64,000 nt of DNA from Sphagnum compactum (Eukaryota). The DNA is taken from positions 9,672,001 through 9,736,000 of the forward strand of contig OZ234494.1 in NCBI GenBank assembly GCA_965153455.1. Reading direction: 5' to 3'. The notes below the pieces were generated by a model. The model saw nothing but the letters and a program-made list of their open reading frames with translations, made no database searches and was not told the origin of the DNA. Within the stretch, counting starts at the first letter, position 1. Every line of letters starts with the position of its first letter. A program made the translations under genes and the position numbers. This document shows positions 27,126-38,442 of the stretch, piece after piece.

Positions 27126-28486
27126 GATGACTAGTTGGATTCTGATAAAATAGTGAAAAATATTGGGATAGATTGTCTAAGGAAAATCTCTGCAAGTGCA
27201 GAAATCTTTATGATCATAAACACTACCAATCCGTTTTCGTTCTATAGTGTACTTAGTACACAAAGTATTTCTTCTGCCTATGTCGACATTACATGATGTA
27301 CTTAATACCTGACCAAATCCTTTCTCTTTACCAGCTTTGGCAGCAGATCAGACAATTGCTGTGGCCACTAAGAGGGAAAATGATGGGTTGAGGTGCAGTA
27401 CTTGAAGCCTTCTTTAGGTTACAACATCCCACAACCAGAAATCTATTATATCTAGTGTATAAGGACTGAATGTCAACACTGGAAAGGCACTGCTTGACAA
27501 TCCTATTTCCACATCTGGCCTTCACCTAAGTTATTGGTGAAAGACTCAGAACCACTTTGAAAATTAAGTTTCAAATCACAGGAACTCAAGGAAAGAGTCT
27601 TATCTAGGTTACTGATGAAAATCAACTAATCCAGTGACTACAAAGTTTGTAATATGTTATTGGAAAAACACAATTTAGTCAAAAGATAAGGTTCTAACAA
27701 GTTTTCAAAATTCATGACATCTTCCTAAACAGAACCTAAAGGTCATCTTGCACTTATCTATTCAAAGAAATCCTGCTGATCTCCTTCTATTACTGGAATT
27801 AGGTCCTGAAAAACAATTGGTAAACGTGAGAAGGATTGCTCATCTGAGCTATCTAGTTGCCATGCCCGCTGAAGCTCAACATTTTGCCAAAGTCTCCAGC
27901 ACACCAGTTGTGATGATAGACCTGATACTTCAACTCTGAGAATCCTGTCACCTGATTGGTACAAGACTTCAATTCCGGGAATGAAAAATTTGGTGACGTG
28001 ATTAGGAGATCTTGCAGCATAAGGTATCTAGATATCTCTAACCCTAGGAACTTCCTTGGCCCCATCTGACACAATGTGGGTGGGTTTATGCGAGGTATGA
28101 AAAATGAAATGGAACTGTTGTTGCAACTCTGCACTCTTGTACCAGCTGCTTGGTCCATCTTGTGAATTTACCCACACTTTCACCCTAAACACACATCCAT
28201 TGTGTGTGACTTTGACAGTAATGTCTCACACCTGTGCCTTTGCAAGGTTGAATCCCACCACAGTAAGCACCCCAAATCCAACCAGCCTTAAGACAACAGA
28301 TCTAACTTGAGGAAATGGTTCACTAGAAGAGTTATTGAAGCTCCTAACAGTCTGTTGATCATGGATTGCTTGAAGATCAGTGACAAACTGCTCTAAATCA
28401 GAATCAGACATAACTTCCCGTGACATAACACCTATCACCACACATAGTGTTGTTCCAAATTAATAGGTGTGTACCTAATTCGACCT

Positions 28487-28498
28487 GCTCTGATACCA
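28487..28498 (-). promoter_or_regulatory. tRNA-iMet primer binding site
   Basis: Minus strand TGGTATCAGAGC, upstream of the minus-strand gag. Confidence 0.8.
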
Positions 28499-28500
28499 AA

Positions 28501-29593
28501 AACAAGGGTGCAAGACAAGCAGAATGCAAATCATGTATATAATGGATAGCAAATACATTCTCAGAGTTTCACACTGGCATTAGCCAGTGACCACCCAAGT
28601 TCTGCCCAGTAACTACATAAGACACTACCTTCTTCACTAAAAAGAAGCTTGAGGTTTCTAAGGGGTCAAATCGCTCTAATCTCTCTCTCTTGAGCCCCAT
28701 TGGCCTTCTTTCCTTTTCTCAAAGTCTTCACACCAGACACACCTAGGACCACATTAAACATCCACAGGAACTCAAGTTCCTGCTTACATTTGGTGACGCA
28801 GATCCCTCATCCCACACAGATCACACAGTCTAGATTTCCCAACACCATCGTTCCACTTGACAAAACAGAAAAACAGGACGACAACACATCCACTTTCCCC
28901 AGTGACTGCTTCAAAGATTCTTACAAAGAACCACAATCCTCCTTTGTATGATTGACCCCGTAACTTCAATGGACTGTTGCAGTTCTTCGGAGTTCCCAAA
29001 AATGAGGGTACTCTTTCTTGAAATGCAAGCCAACGAAACCCAGATACAGACCAACCCAAACACAAATTTTGAGAAGAGTATCTGGTCGCTCTCGAGACCT
29101 TTAAAACTTGTCATCATCCCCCTCATTAACCACCAATGCCAACTTTTAGATAGAAGCTCTACCTTTTTGAGTACATTGCGCAGCGGAATTTTTCTCGTAT
29201 TTTTCCTTCGAAATAGAGATTTAAAAACCCTCATTCCAACAAGTTCCCTACTTCCCAAAACAAAATCCACACTACTTATTTTCACTACGGCACCTCCCTC
29301 CGTCGTTGCTCCATGAGATTTCCGCCGAATGCACCTCCCTTGGAAGCTCCTTTGCCACACAGTCATCCTGCGTCCAGCAACAACAGACACACACCAAATA
29401 GAAGAAAACAACACACAGGATTCAATGTTATCTAACACTACCGCATCTCCATTCAGTTATCTTCCTTGTCTCCACGTCGTTGAGAGCAAAAACTCCCAGC
29501 CGCCAATAAAAAAGAAAACTTGCTTCTTTGAAAAAAAACCCTAAAACCACTTTCTGTTCACACTCAAAACCCTAAAGTTAGAAATTTGTTACA
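28501..29593 (-). repeat. Putative 5' LTR (about 1.1 kb) of the minus-strand Gypsy element
   Basis: Begins TGTAACA at 29593 on the minus strand and abuts the PBS. Terminal CA not evident and no partner LTR seen, so boundaries are inferred. Confidence 0.5.
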
Positions 29594-29918
29594 TTACCTC
29601 TTATTTAATTTTGAAATCATAAATCCATTACATGCTTCAAAAGGAGTTAGAGCAAGTGCCATCTGTGGCTTGTAGTTGCGATCCTTATAAATATGGGGAT
29701 ATATGGTATGTAGATGTTTGACATTTCCTTGTGTGAATGAGCTTGGATTCTTGGTACCTTACAACATTTACCACATTCCTTGAACACATATCCATTTCAA
29801 AATTTTAGAGGGATTGCTTGCACAATTGTAAAATTTACCAAAAAAAAGATTTTGTATTTTCTTTCGTTAAAGCAAAGGTGAAATCATATCTAGAAGAAAA
29901 ATAACTTTGCGTTTCATT

Positions 29919-32093
29919 CACTAGAAAGAATTCGCTAATATATGACTAGATTTTCGACTCGTTTTTAGTTGTAATTACCACATGCAAATTGTTATAATGC
30001 TTAGTCGCCTTGGACAAGTCGCATAAAATTCTAGTCGCAAAAAAAAAACGTGGCATTAAGTTGCAAAGGCAGTCGCATAAAGATGTGACTTATATGAACT
30101 TTTCATCCATGCAAACCAGCTTACATGGCATCGTCATTTTGCAACTGATTTTACAACTCAAAAATATAGTCGCATTATTTAAATTGTTTAAATATTTATT
30201 ATTTAAATAATAAGATAATAATAAAATATATTTATATTATTGTTAATTTTATTAAATTCAACATGTACCATGTTGACACGTGTCATTACATAGGCTAGGT
30301 TTAAAAGGCTAGTTTAGGTTGCTAAGTAGGCCACCTATTGTGCCTACTTAAGGTCACCTAATAGTATTTAGGTTATGTTAATTATGTTGGAATATTTGGT
30401 CAACATTTTAACGTTGACCACAACCCCTGCCATTCGTGAAGATTGATCCTTGACCCCAAGGATGGAGATCAACTCCTTTACCACAAAACCACCCCACTTG
30501 TTGTGGAAAAGAAGCAACGTGCATTTTATTTAACCTATTAGATTTCAAACATTACACAAAACATCATTTTTGAACTTTGATATCTTATTATGATTTTGTC
30601 CAAATGATAATATTGTTTAAACTTAATTTTTTTCTAATAATGTACACAAAGATATTTTTTCCTTCTTAAAAATATGAATCAATTTGAAAAAAAAAAATTT
30701 GAATTCCGTTATTCACCACAATTTCAAAAACCATTTCATGGAAAAAATAAATTCAACCACATGATTTATAAATGGATAATATAATAAAAAATAAATAAAT
30801 AAATTTCATATCTTAAACCTTCATTTTATTTTTAAAATTATATTATGCAATTTTTTTTTGATATATCATAATTTTACCAATATAATTTAATTAAAATGTG
30901 TGATATATAATTTATTCACACATAATATTTATAAACTAATCATAAATAAATTATAATAAAAATACAATAAAAATTATTCTATCAACTATATTTCTGATAT
31001 AAAATATTAATCTAGATAATCAATTTTAATTTTTAAATGTTGATTAGTGCCGTATAATTAATTGATTTTATGGAATTGTACATTTTATTATGTTAACACA
31101 AATAATATCCTAAATTTTAATTGAAATTAATGATAAAAAATTTATCATGAAATAAATTATATTTTTTCAGATCTCAAATATCTATTTGATTTAAGAAATT
31201 ATATTTTAAAATTTTGCTTATAATAGATAATAATTATACCAACAAAATGTAGTTTAAATGTATGACATGAAATGGGTCATAAATTACTCCTAGTACCTAG
31301 CATATTCAATAAATAAATTACATTATCTACCTAATATAATAATTAATTTAAAAAAATATCACAAACATCAACATGATAATATATTTATTACTTAACCCAC
31401 ATACATATGACCTACTTGTCATTTACTACCTATCCTATTTATATATAATACATTAATTGCATAGCCTACTTAATTATTTAATTACACTTACTATCTAAAC
31501 CCTAACCAATTTAATAAATAAATACATAGCCTAATTAATTAAATAATTAATACAAGAACATTATCACATATCAACAATATGATAAAATACCTACTATTTC
31601 GCCCTATTTCTACCATTAATTTCCATGGGTCCTTTGAAATTTTCACAAACCCACCAAACCTTACTACACATTTAATGGTTAAAACATTGAAAAAAATTAA
31701 AGGAAAACGATTAGACCACTAAATCTAGCAATTTCATTGGCCAACTTTTTTTTTCACATTTGATTACATGTGCATTTGCGACTAAAATTTATAATCACAA
31801 ATCAAGTTGAAAAGATGCCACTTGGTATCCAATGGCCCTTGAACCACCTTCTAAGTTGCAAAAATAACTACATTTTCATCTATTTTAGGATGCCACTAAA
31901 AATGGATGATAAAGTGTATTTTTCATTTTTATTTTCATCCAAATCGACATTAGTCACAAGTATAAGTTGCATATGCAACTGCAAACCACTTTGTAATCAT
32001 TTATGCGACTATTAATCATTTTTACCAAGTGCCACGAAGGACATCCTATCTAAAGTCACAAAAATGGTTGATTTGGCAAGATTCCTTGTAGTG
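29919..32093. mobile_element. Non-autonomous CACTA DNA transposon, 2.18 kb
   Basis: Termini CACTAGAAAGAA...TTCCTTGTAGTG; 3-bp TSD ATT (29916-29918 and 32094-32096); same agtcgca/tgcgact subterminal motifs as the 14564 element. Confidence 0.9.
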
Positions 32094-32444
32094 ATTGATT
32101 CTAGGGTTGTAGAGATGATTACACAATCATTTGAAAAAAAAATAGAGAAGAGAAAAATTATTTTTAAAAAATGGCAATCTTGCAATATTATATTAAGGAG
32201 CTTAAAAAATGGATGAAAAAATTGCATAACATGAATTCAATAGGGGACGAAAACTAAGTATGAATGAAAGAAGAAGGGAAAAATATCTCATTCAGAAATT
32301 ATTTTTTATGATTTATTTTTTGACAAAAGGACTATAATTCTTCAAGAAAAAATAAACACATTGGTTTTTAGAAACATGGTTTTACCCTTTTGCTACTAGG
32401 GTAGCAGTTACTCTTACATGCTTAACCATCCCACATGTTGGTTG

Positions 32445-32748
32445 TGTCATGGCCTAGGATATTTTGGGATACTTTTGGCAATGTCATGTCCTAGGATATT
32501 TTGGGATACTTTTGGCAATATCATGGCCTAGGATATTTTGGGATACTTTTGGCAATATCATGGCCTAGGATATTTTGGGATACTTTTGGCAATATCATGG
32601 CCTAGGATATTTTGGGACTAGTATGGCTCAGGGTTATAAAAGGAGATAGTCTGGGGAACAACCCTTTAGCAGATCAACACCAGTTGATGGGTCAATAAAG
32701 CTTGTCTTGTCTTGTAATTCTCCACTTGTTTGTAGTCGGTCCATAACA
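32445..32748 (+). repeat. 5' LTR (304 bp), with 4 full plus 1 partial 37-bp U3 repeats, TATA box (32635) and AATAAA
   Basis: TGTCATGG...CCATAACA; matches the 3' LTR apart from one extra 37-bp unit. Confidence 0.95.
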
Positions 32749-32750
32749 GT

Positions 32751-32760
32751 TTGATCTGCT
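32751..32760 (+). promoter_or_regulatory. Self-priming-type primer binding site
   Basis: TTGATCTGCT, 2 nt after the LTR, is the exact reverse complement of AGCAGATCAA (32668-32677) in the LTR; no TGG tRNA-type PBS present. Confidence 0.75.
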
Positions 32761-32891
32761 CCTTCTTCTTGTTTGTTTGTTTTGTTGTTTCAGTAAGTAG
32801 CTAGAGGTATATTGGAGTGAAACTTGGAAAGGTTATAGAAGACTATAGGACGCTTCTACTCTCAAAGTTTCAAAAGAAAAGGATATGTTTT

Positions 32892-33699
32892 GAGAGAGAT
32901 CCAAGCATCTGAAGTTTCAAGTGCAGATCTGGTTTTTTGGTCATATCTCCTTTGTGTAAGCTTTTCTGGGTTTGTAACTTTGTGATCTTATAGATCATAT
33001 AGGAATATATGTGTGAGAGAAATTTCATGTCATTTGGACTTGTATTGAGAGAGATCCAAGCATCTGAAGTTTCAAGTGCAGATCTGGTTTTTTGGTCATA
33101 TCTCCTTTGTGTAAGCTTTTTTGGGTCTGTAACTTTGTGATCTTATAGATCATATAGGAATATATGTGTGAGAGAAATTTCATGTCATTTGGACTTGTAT
33201 TGAGAGAGATCCAAGCATCTGAAGTTTCAAGTGCAGATCTGGTTTTTTGGTCATATCTCCTTTGTGTAAGCTTTTTTGGGTCTGTAACTTTGTGATCTTA
33301 TAGATCATATAGGAATATATGTGTGAGAGAAATTTCATGTCATTTGGACTTGTATTGAGAGAGATCCAAGCATCTGAAGTTTCAAGTGCAGATCTGGTTT
33401 TTTGGTCATATCTCCTTTGTGTAAGCTTTTTTGGGTCTGTAACTTTGTGATCTTATAGATCATATAGGAATATATGTGTGAGAGAAATTTCATGTCATTT
33501 GGACTTGTATTGAGAGAGATCCAAGCATCTGAAGTTTCAAGTGCAGATCTGGTTTTTTGGTCATATCTCCTTTGTTTAAGTTTTTTTCGGTCTGTAACTT
33601 TGTGATCTTATAAATCATATAGGAATATATGTGTGAGAGAAATTTCATGTCATTTGGACTTGTATTGAGAGAGATCCAAGCATCTGAAGTTTCAAGTGC
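32892..33699 (+). repeat. 155-bp tandem array (5 full copies plus a partial one) in the retrotransposon 5' leader
   Basis: gagagagatccaagcatctgaagtttcaagtgc starts at 32892, 33047, 33202, 33357, 33512 and 33667; copies are near-identical. Confidence 0.95.
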
Positions 33700-33735
33700 G
33701 AAGATTGAAAGCGCAAAAGTGTGAGAACTACCACC

Positions 33736-34711
33736 ATGGACAACTCAGAATCCAACATCGATCTCACTCAAATCCTCGCCGCCCTTCAACACCTTCAACA
33801 AGAAAATGCCGTGCTTAGAGACTCGGTGACCCGCCTACAGAATCAGCCACCACCTCCTGCCCCAGTACTTCCTGCTCTTGCAATGGCCGCCCAACAACCC
33901 AAGATCAGTCTGCTAGAAAAGTTTGATGGAACGCGCCTCAAATTTCGAGGCTTTGTCAGCCAGGTACGCCTGATCATGCAACTACACCCCCGTCGTTATT
34001 TTGATGACACCACTCGTGTAGGATTCGTTGGAACCCTACTCACTGGGACAGCTGCAGCATGGTTTGCTCCCATCCTGGAAACATCATCCCCTCTTCTACA
34101 AGATTTCAACGCCTTTATGGCGGAATTTGAAGCAGTATTTGGGGACAGTGATAAGGCCAGGACTTCAGCCAACAAGCTGCGTCGCCTCCAGCAAGGGACA
34201 CGTTCGACCATCGTCTACGCTTCAGAATTCAGGCAGCTTGCCCTGTGACGTCAATTGGGGAGAAGCTGCCTTGATTGATTAGTTTCGCTGTGGGCTTCGT
34301 GATGATGTTCAAGATCTTTTGTTGACACTCGCAGACCCTTCTTCCTTCAGTGAAGCCATCACCCAGGCAATTCGGTGCGATAATCGTCTGTTCGAACGTC
34401 GCCAGGAAAAGAAAGTCACCTCCAACGCCCAGCTTTGGAACAGTCGGCCTATTACGCTCCCCTTAGTTCCCCAAACAACACCAGTTGCCCGACCTGCCTC
34501 TTTTGGACCTGCTCCAATGCAGATCGACACAGCTAAGTTTAAATCTTTGACAGAAGCCGAGAAACTTCGCCGAAGGACAAACAATCTATGTCTTTACTGT
34601 GGCAACCCAGGGCATATAGCTCGTCAATGCCCTCAAAAGCTTGTCAAACTTCAGGTACAAGCTGTGGAAACTCCCCAGGAGTTGGAAAACAAGAACATCC
34701 AGTCACAGTAG
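33736..34711 (+). pseudogene. gag: Chromovirus gag (Retrotrans_gag plus CCHC), disrupted by a frameshift near 34243 and a TAG at 34279-34281
   Basis: PKISLLEKFDGTRLKFRGF, LTGTAAAWF, LRRLQQG, then CDVNWGEAALID*FRCGL in another frame, GPAPMQID, CLYCGNPGHIARQC. Confidence 0.9.
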
Positions 34712-37700
34712 GAGCCGTGCGACTGGATCTCACCCAACACCACCTTTGCAAAGGCTCCTGTTCCGCTGTTGGTCCCAGTCCCAGTTTCACTCAGTATGTG
34801 GACATCATTCGTATTCCAGAAGACATACCACAAGTGTCAGCTTTGGTGGACTCCGGCGCCACCTCTTCTTTCATCGACCAAACATTTGTCGTCCAACACA
34901 ACATCCTTGTGGTCAAGAAGTCAACCCCTGTTCCGGTAGAGGTTATTGATGGGAGAACCATTGCTTCTGGTGCAATCACACACGAGACAACCCCTCTAGA
35001 ACTCTGTATCGGCAAGCACACGGAGAAGATTGTTCTCAACATCATTTCCACCCCTCACCATCCCATCATCCTTGGTCTGCCTTGGCTAGAAGCACACAAC
35101 CCTATCATTGATTGGCGATCTAGAACCCTCACCTTCAGCGCACAACGATGCACCTCTCAAGAACCCCACACTCAGAAAAACACTTTGTCCAGTCCTGCCA
35201 AGAACCCTGTGGTCGAGAACCCAAAGAGGGTCGGAACCAATTCCAGTTTTATCAAGTCTGTTATGTCAAATCCTGCAGTCAAGAACCCCCGATTGGTTAG
35301 AACGAAACCTTGTCCTGTCAAGAATCTTGTCAAGAATTCTGCCCAGAAAACCAACCCTGTCCAGATCTTCGTTGATAGAGCTGTCCCTTTCTATCGGGCT
35401 GCTAAGAATCTTCAAGTCTTCGCCATCCATGTCAACCCAGCCAACACCACAAACCCCCAATCGGAACCAACACCTGTCAAACTTCCCAAGAAGTACAAGG
35501 ACTTTGCTGATGTTTTTGAAAAGATTAATGCTGATCAGCTCCCCGCCCATAGTCCATATGACTGCCCGATTGATCTAGAAGAAGGACACTCACCACCCTT
35601 TGGTCCTATCTATGGCCTATCGGAACCGGAACTCCAAGCCCTGCGTGATTACCTTACTGAAAATCTTGCCAAGGGGTTCATTCAGCATTCCAAGTCTCCA
35701 GCCGGCGCCCTAATTTTGTTTGTCAAGAAGAAGGATGGCTCCCTTCGACTTTGTGTGGATTATCGTGGACTCAACAAGATAACCAAAAAGAATCGATATC
35801 CTTTGCCCTTGATTTCAGGTCTCCTAGATCGACTACGTACCGGGAAGATCTTCACCAAGCTTGACCTCCGTGGAGCCTACAACTTACTCAGGATTCGCCC
35901 TGGTGATGAATGGAAGACAGCTTTCCGCACACGCTATGGCCACTTCGAATACACGGTCATGCCCTTCAGCCTCACCAATGCACCCGCAGTCTTTCAGCAT
36001 CTGATGAATGATATCTTCCGGGATTACATGGACGAATTTGTCGTGGTCTATTTGGATGACATTTTAATCTTTTCCAAGGACCAGGAAACCCACGACAAAC
36101 ATGTACGATTGGTGCTTGCGACGCTGCGGGAGCATGGCTTATACGCCAAGTTGGAAAAATGTGAATTCGACAAATCTTCAGTGGCGTTCCTCGGCTACGT
36201 GATCTCTCCAGATGGCATTTTCATGGACAAGTCAAAGGTCGAGACCATCCAGTGTTGGGCTACTCCATCCTCGGTCAAAGACGTTCAACACTTCCTAGGG
36301 TTTGCCAACTTCTATCGTCGGTTTATCAAAGGCTACTCCAAGATCACAACACCGTTAATAACCCTGACTTGCAAAGACAAGCCCTTCTCGTGGAATCCAA
36401 CGGCCCAGGCTGCTTTTGATACTCTCAAGATGGCATTCACCTCTGCACCCATCCTGATACATCCCGATCCTGCCAAGCCATTCATTGTGGAAACGGACGC
36501 TTCAGATTTTGCCTTGGGAGCTATTCTATCTCAATTTGGAATAGATGGGTTGCTGCATCCAGTTGCTTTCTATTCACGGAAGTTAACCAGTGCCGAAATC
36601 AACTACCAGGTCTACGATAAGGAACTCCTGGCAATCATCACGGCATTCGAGCAGTGGAGACCGTATCTTGCCGGAGCTCAACATCGAGTCCAAGTTCTGA
36701 CAGATCACAAGAATCTCCTTTATTTCACAACTACTCGGACCTTAAATCGTCGCCAGGCACGCTGGTCTATCTTCCTAGCTGATTTCGACTTTGAGATTCA
36801 GTATCAACCCGGCACCCAGCAAGGGAAAGCTGACGCGCTATCTCGTCGTTCAGAATATGAACTTCGAGCGGGGGATGAGGCCTACGGCCAGCAGAACCAG
36901 ACTTTACTCAACCCCAAGCAATTTCGAGTTGCAGCAACAATCAGCACCCTCCCAGACTCATACCTTGTCAGGGACATCAAGATAGCAACTGAGGAAGACA
37001 CCTGGGCTACCAACATCAAGAAGGAACTCCAGGAACGACCAAGGAACCCAAATCGTGATGACTTGGATCAATTTGAGCAGCAAGACGGACTTCTCCTTCG
37101 AAATAACCTGATTTATGTACCCGAAGGACCTATACGCCTAAAAATCCTGAGGGAATGCCACGACAACACCCTGGCAAGTCACTTTGGAATGGCACGGACT
37201 CACGAACTAGTGTCAAGGACTTACTGGTGGCCCAAAATGAACAAGATGCTACGGGAGTATGTCAAGTCTTGTGATACATGTGCTCGATCCAAGGCTCCAA
37301 GGCATCGCCCGTTTGGACTCCTACAGCCTCTGTCGATTCCTAGCCGACCTTGGGGATCTATTGCAATGGACTTCATCACGGACCTCCCTACTGTCAGAAC
37401 CAAGAATTCAATACTGGTTGTGGTCGATCGACTCACCAAAATGGCCCATTTCACCCCTTGTTCCAAGTCAATCACGGCAGAAGAGACAGCTCAGTTAATT
37501 CTGGACGGGATCGTCCGACTGCATGGACTCCCCGAGGAAATTGTGTCCGACAGAGGTCCTCAGTTTGCATCCAAGTTCTGGCATCGTCTATTCGAGCTTC
37601 TTGGAGTTGACATTCGGCTATCTTCAGCTTTCCACCCTGAGACAAATGGTCAAACCGAACGGACAAACCAGACACTCGAGCAATACCTTCGCTGCACTGT

Positions 37701-38442
37701 GAACTACCAACAGGACGACTGGCTGGACCTACTATCTCAAGCAGAGTTTGCTTATAATAACACAACACATGCATCGACCGGGATCAGTCCATTCTTTGCC
37801 AATTACGGTTTTCATCCCAGGTTCAGCCTTGAAATTCCTGGAGACTCCGTAAACCCCTCGGCTGAAGAAAGGGCCACGAGGCTTGGACAGGTTCAACAGA
37901 ACCTTATGGCAGAACTCAAGCTAACACAGGAGTGGCAAAAGAAGCAAGCAGACCGCCGACGCAAGGACCATCCAAACTTCAAGGTTGGAGACAAGGTCTG
38001 GCTTCTCAGAAAGAACATTGCTACCACTCGCCCATGTGCCAAGTTGGATTACAAGCGCCTCGGACCTTTCAAAATCGCCAAATTGGTTGGTCTAGTGGCT
38101 TGCCAGTTGGAGCTTCCACCCCAGTTCAAAATCCACAATGTTTTCCATGTCTCCCTGCTTGAGCCCTATCATGAAAACCCGATCCCAGAACGTCATCAAG
38201 AACCCCCAGCTCCAGTCGAAATTGAAGGCCAAGAAGAGTTTGAAGTTCAGGAGGTCTTGGACTCCAAGAAGATTCGTGGAAAGCTCCTGTACCTTGTCTT
38301 TTGGCGAGGTTATCCTCCTTCTGAAGCTACTTGGGAGCCTGCTGGAAACCTAGTTCATGCCCAAGACTTAATTAATCGGTTTCACCAACGATATCCTAAC
38401 AAACCGGCTCCATCTAGAAGATGTCGCTTGAGGAGAGGATAA
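34588..38442 (+). CDS. pol: Chromovirus Pol polyprotein (protease, RT, RNase H, integrase, chromodomain); open ORF in the -1 frame relative to gag
   Basis: ALVDSGATSSF; LRLCVDYRGLN, YLDDILI; ETDASDFALGA, YDKELLAI; CHD...SHFG...CDTC, AMDFITDL, SDRGPQF, GQTERTNQ; EFEVQEVLDSK...YLVFWRGYPPSEATWEP. True start is probably via frameshift at about 34690. Confidence 0.95.
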   Translation: MSLLWQPRAYSSSMPSKACQTSGTSCGNSPGVGKQEHPVTVGAVRLDLTQHHLCKGSCSAVGPSPSFTQYVDIIRIPEDIPQVSALVDSGATSSFIDQTFVVQHNILVVKKSTPVPVEVIDGRTIASGAITHETTPLELCIGKHTEKIVLNIISTPHHPIILGLPWLEAHNPIIDWRSRTLTFSAQRCTSQEPHTQKNTLSSPAKNPVVENPKRVGTNSSFIKSVMSNPAVKNPRLVRTKPCPVKNLVKNSAQKTNPVQIFVDRAVPFYRAAKNLQVFAIHVNPANTTNPQSEPTPVKLPKKYKDFADVFEKINADQLPAHSPYDCPIDLEEGHSPPFGPIYGLSEPELQALRDYLTENLAKGFIQHSKSPAGALILFVKKKDGSLRLCVDYRGLNKITKKNRYPLPLISGLLDRLRTGKIFTKLDLRGAYNLLRIRPGDEWKTAFRTRYGHFEYTVMPFSLTNAPAVFQHLMNDIFRDYMDEFVVVYLDDILIFSKDQETHDKHVRLVLATLREHGLYAKLEKCEFDKSSVAFLGYVISPDGIFMDKSKVETIQCWATPSSVKDVQHFLGFANFYRRFIKGYSKITTPLITLTCKDKPFSWNPTAQAAFDTLKMAFTSAPILIHPDPAKPFIVETDASDFALGAILSQFGIDGLLHPVAFYSRKLTSAEINYQVYDKELLAIITAFEQWRPYLAGAQHRVQVLTDHKNLLYFTTTRTLNRRQARWSIFLADFDFEIQYQPGTQQGKADALSRRSEYELRAGDEAYGQQNQTLLNPKQFRVAATISTLPDSYLVRDIKIATEEDTWATNIKKELQERPRNPNRDDLDQFEQQDGLLLRNNLIYVPEGPIRLKILRECHDNTLASHFGMARTHELVSRTYWWPKMNKMLREYVKSCDTCARSKAPRHRPFGLLQPLSIPSRPWGSIAMDFITDLPTVRTKNSILVVVDRLTKMAHFTPCSKSITAEETAQLILDGIVRLHGLPEEIVSDRGPQFASKFWHRLFELLGVDIRLSSAFHPETNGQTERTNQTLEQYLRCTVNYQQDDWLDLLSQAEFAYNNTTHASTGISPFFANYGFHPRFSLEIPGDSVNPSAEERATRLGQVQQNLMAELKLTQEWQKKQADRRRKDHPNFKVGDKVWLLRKNIATTRPCAKLDYKRLGPFKIAKLVGLVACQLELPPQFKIHNVFHVSLLEPYHENPIPERHQEPPAPVEIEGQEEFEVQEVLDSKKIRGKLLYLVFWRGYPPSEATWEPAGNLVHAQDLINRFHQRYPNKPAPSRRCRLRRG
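38430..38439 (+). promoter_or_regulatory. Polypurine tract
   Basis: GAGGAGAGGA just before the 3' LTR, overlapping the end of pol. Confidence 0.85.

Noticed and set aside
28911-29438. 175-aa and overlapping ORFs
   Set aside because: Inside the putative LTR, no recognisable domain
32445-32620. 37-bp direct repeats of CRISPR-repeat length
   Set aside because: No unique spacers, head-to-tail units inside an LTR, eukaryotic context, no cas genes
32892-33699. 155-bp array considered as a CRISPR or tandem ncRNA (5S/tRNA) cluster
   Set aside because: Units are identical throughout, I recognise no rRNA or tRNA structure, and the array is internal to the retrotransposon
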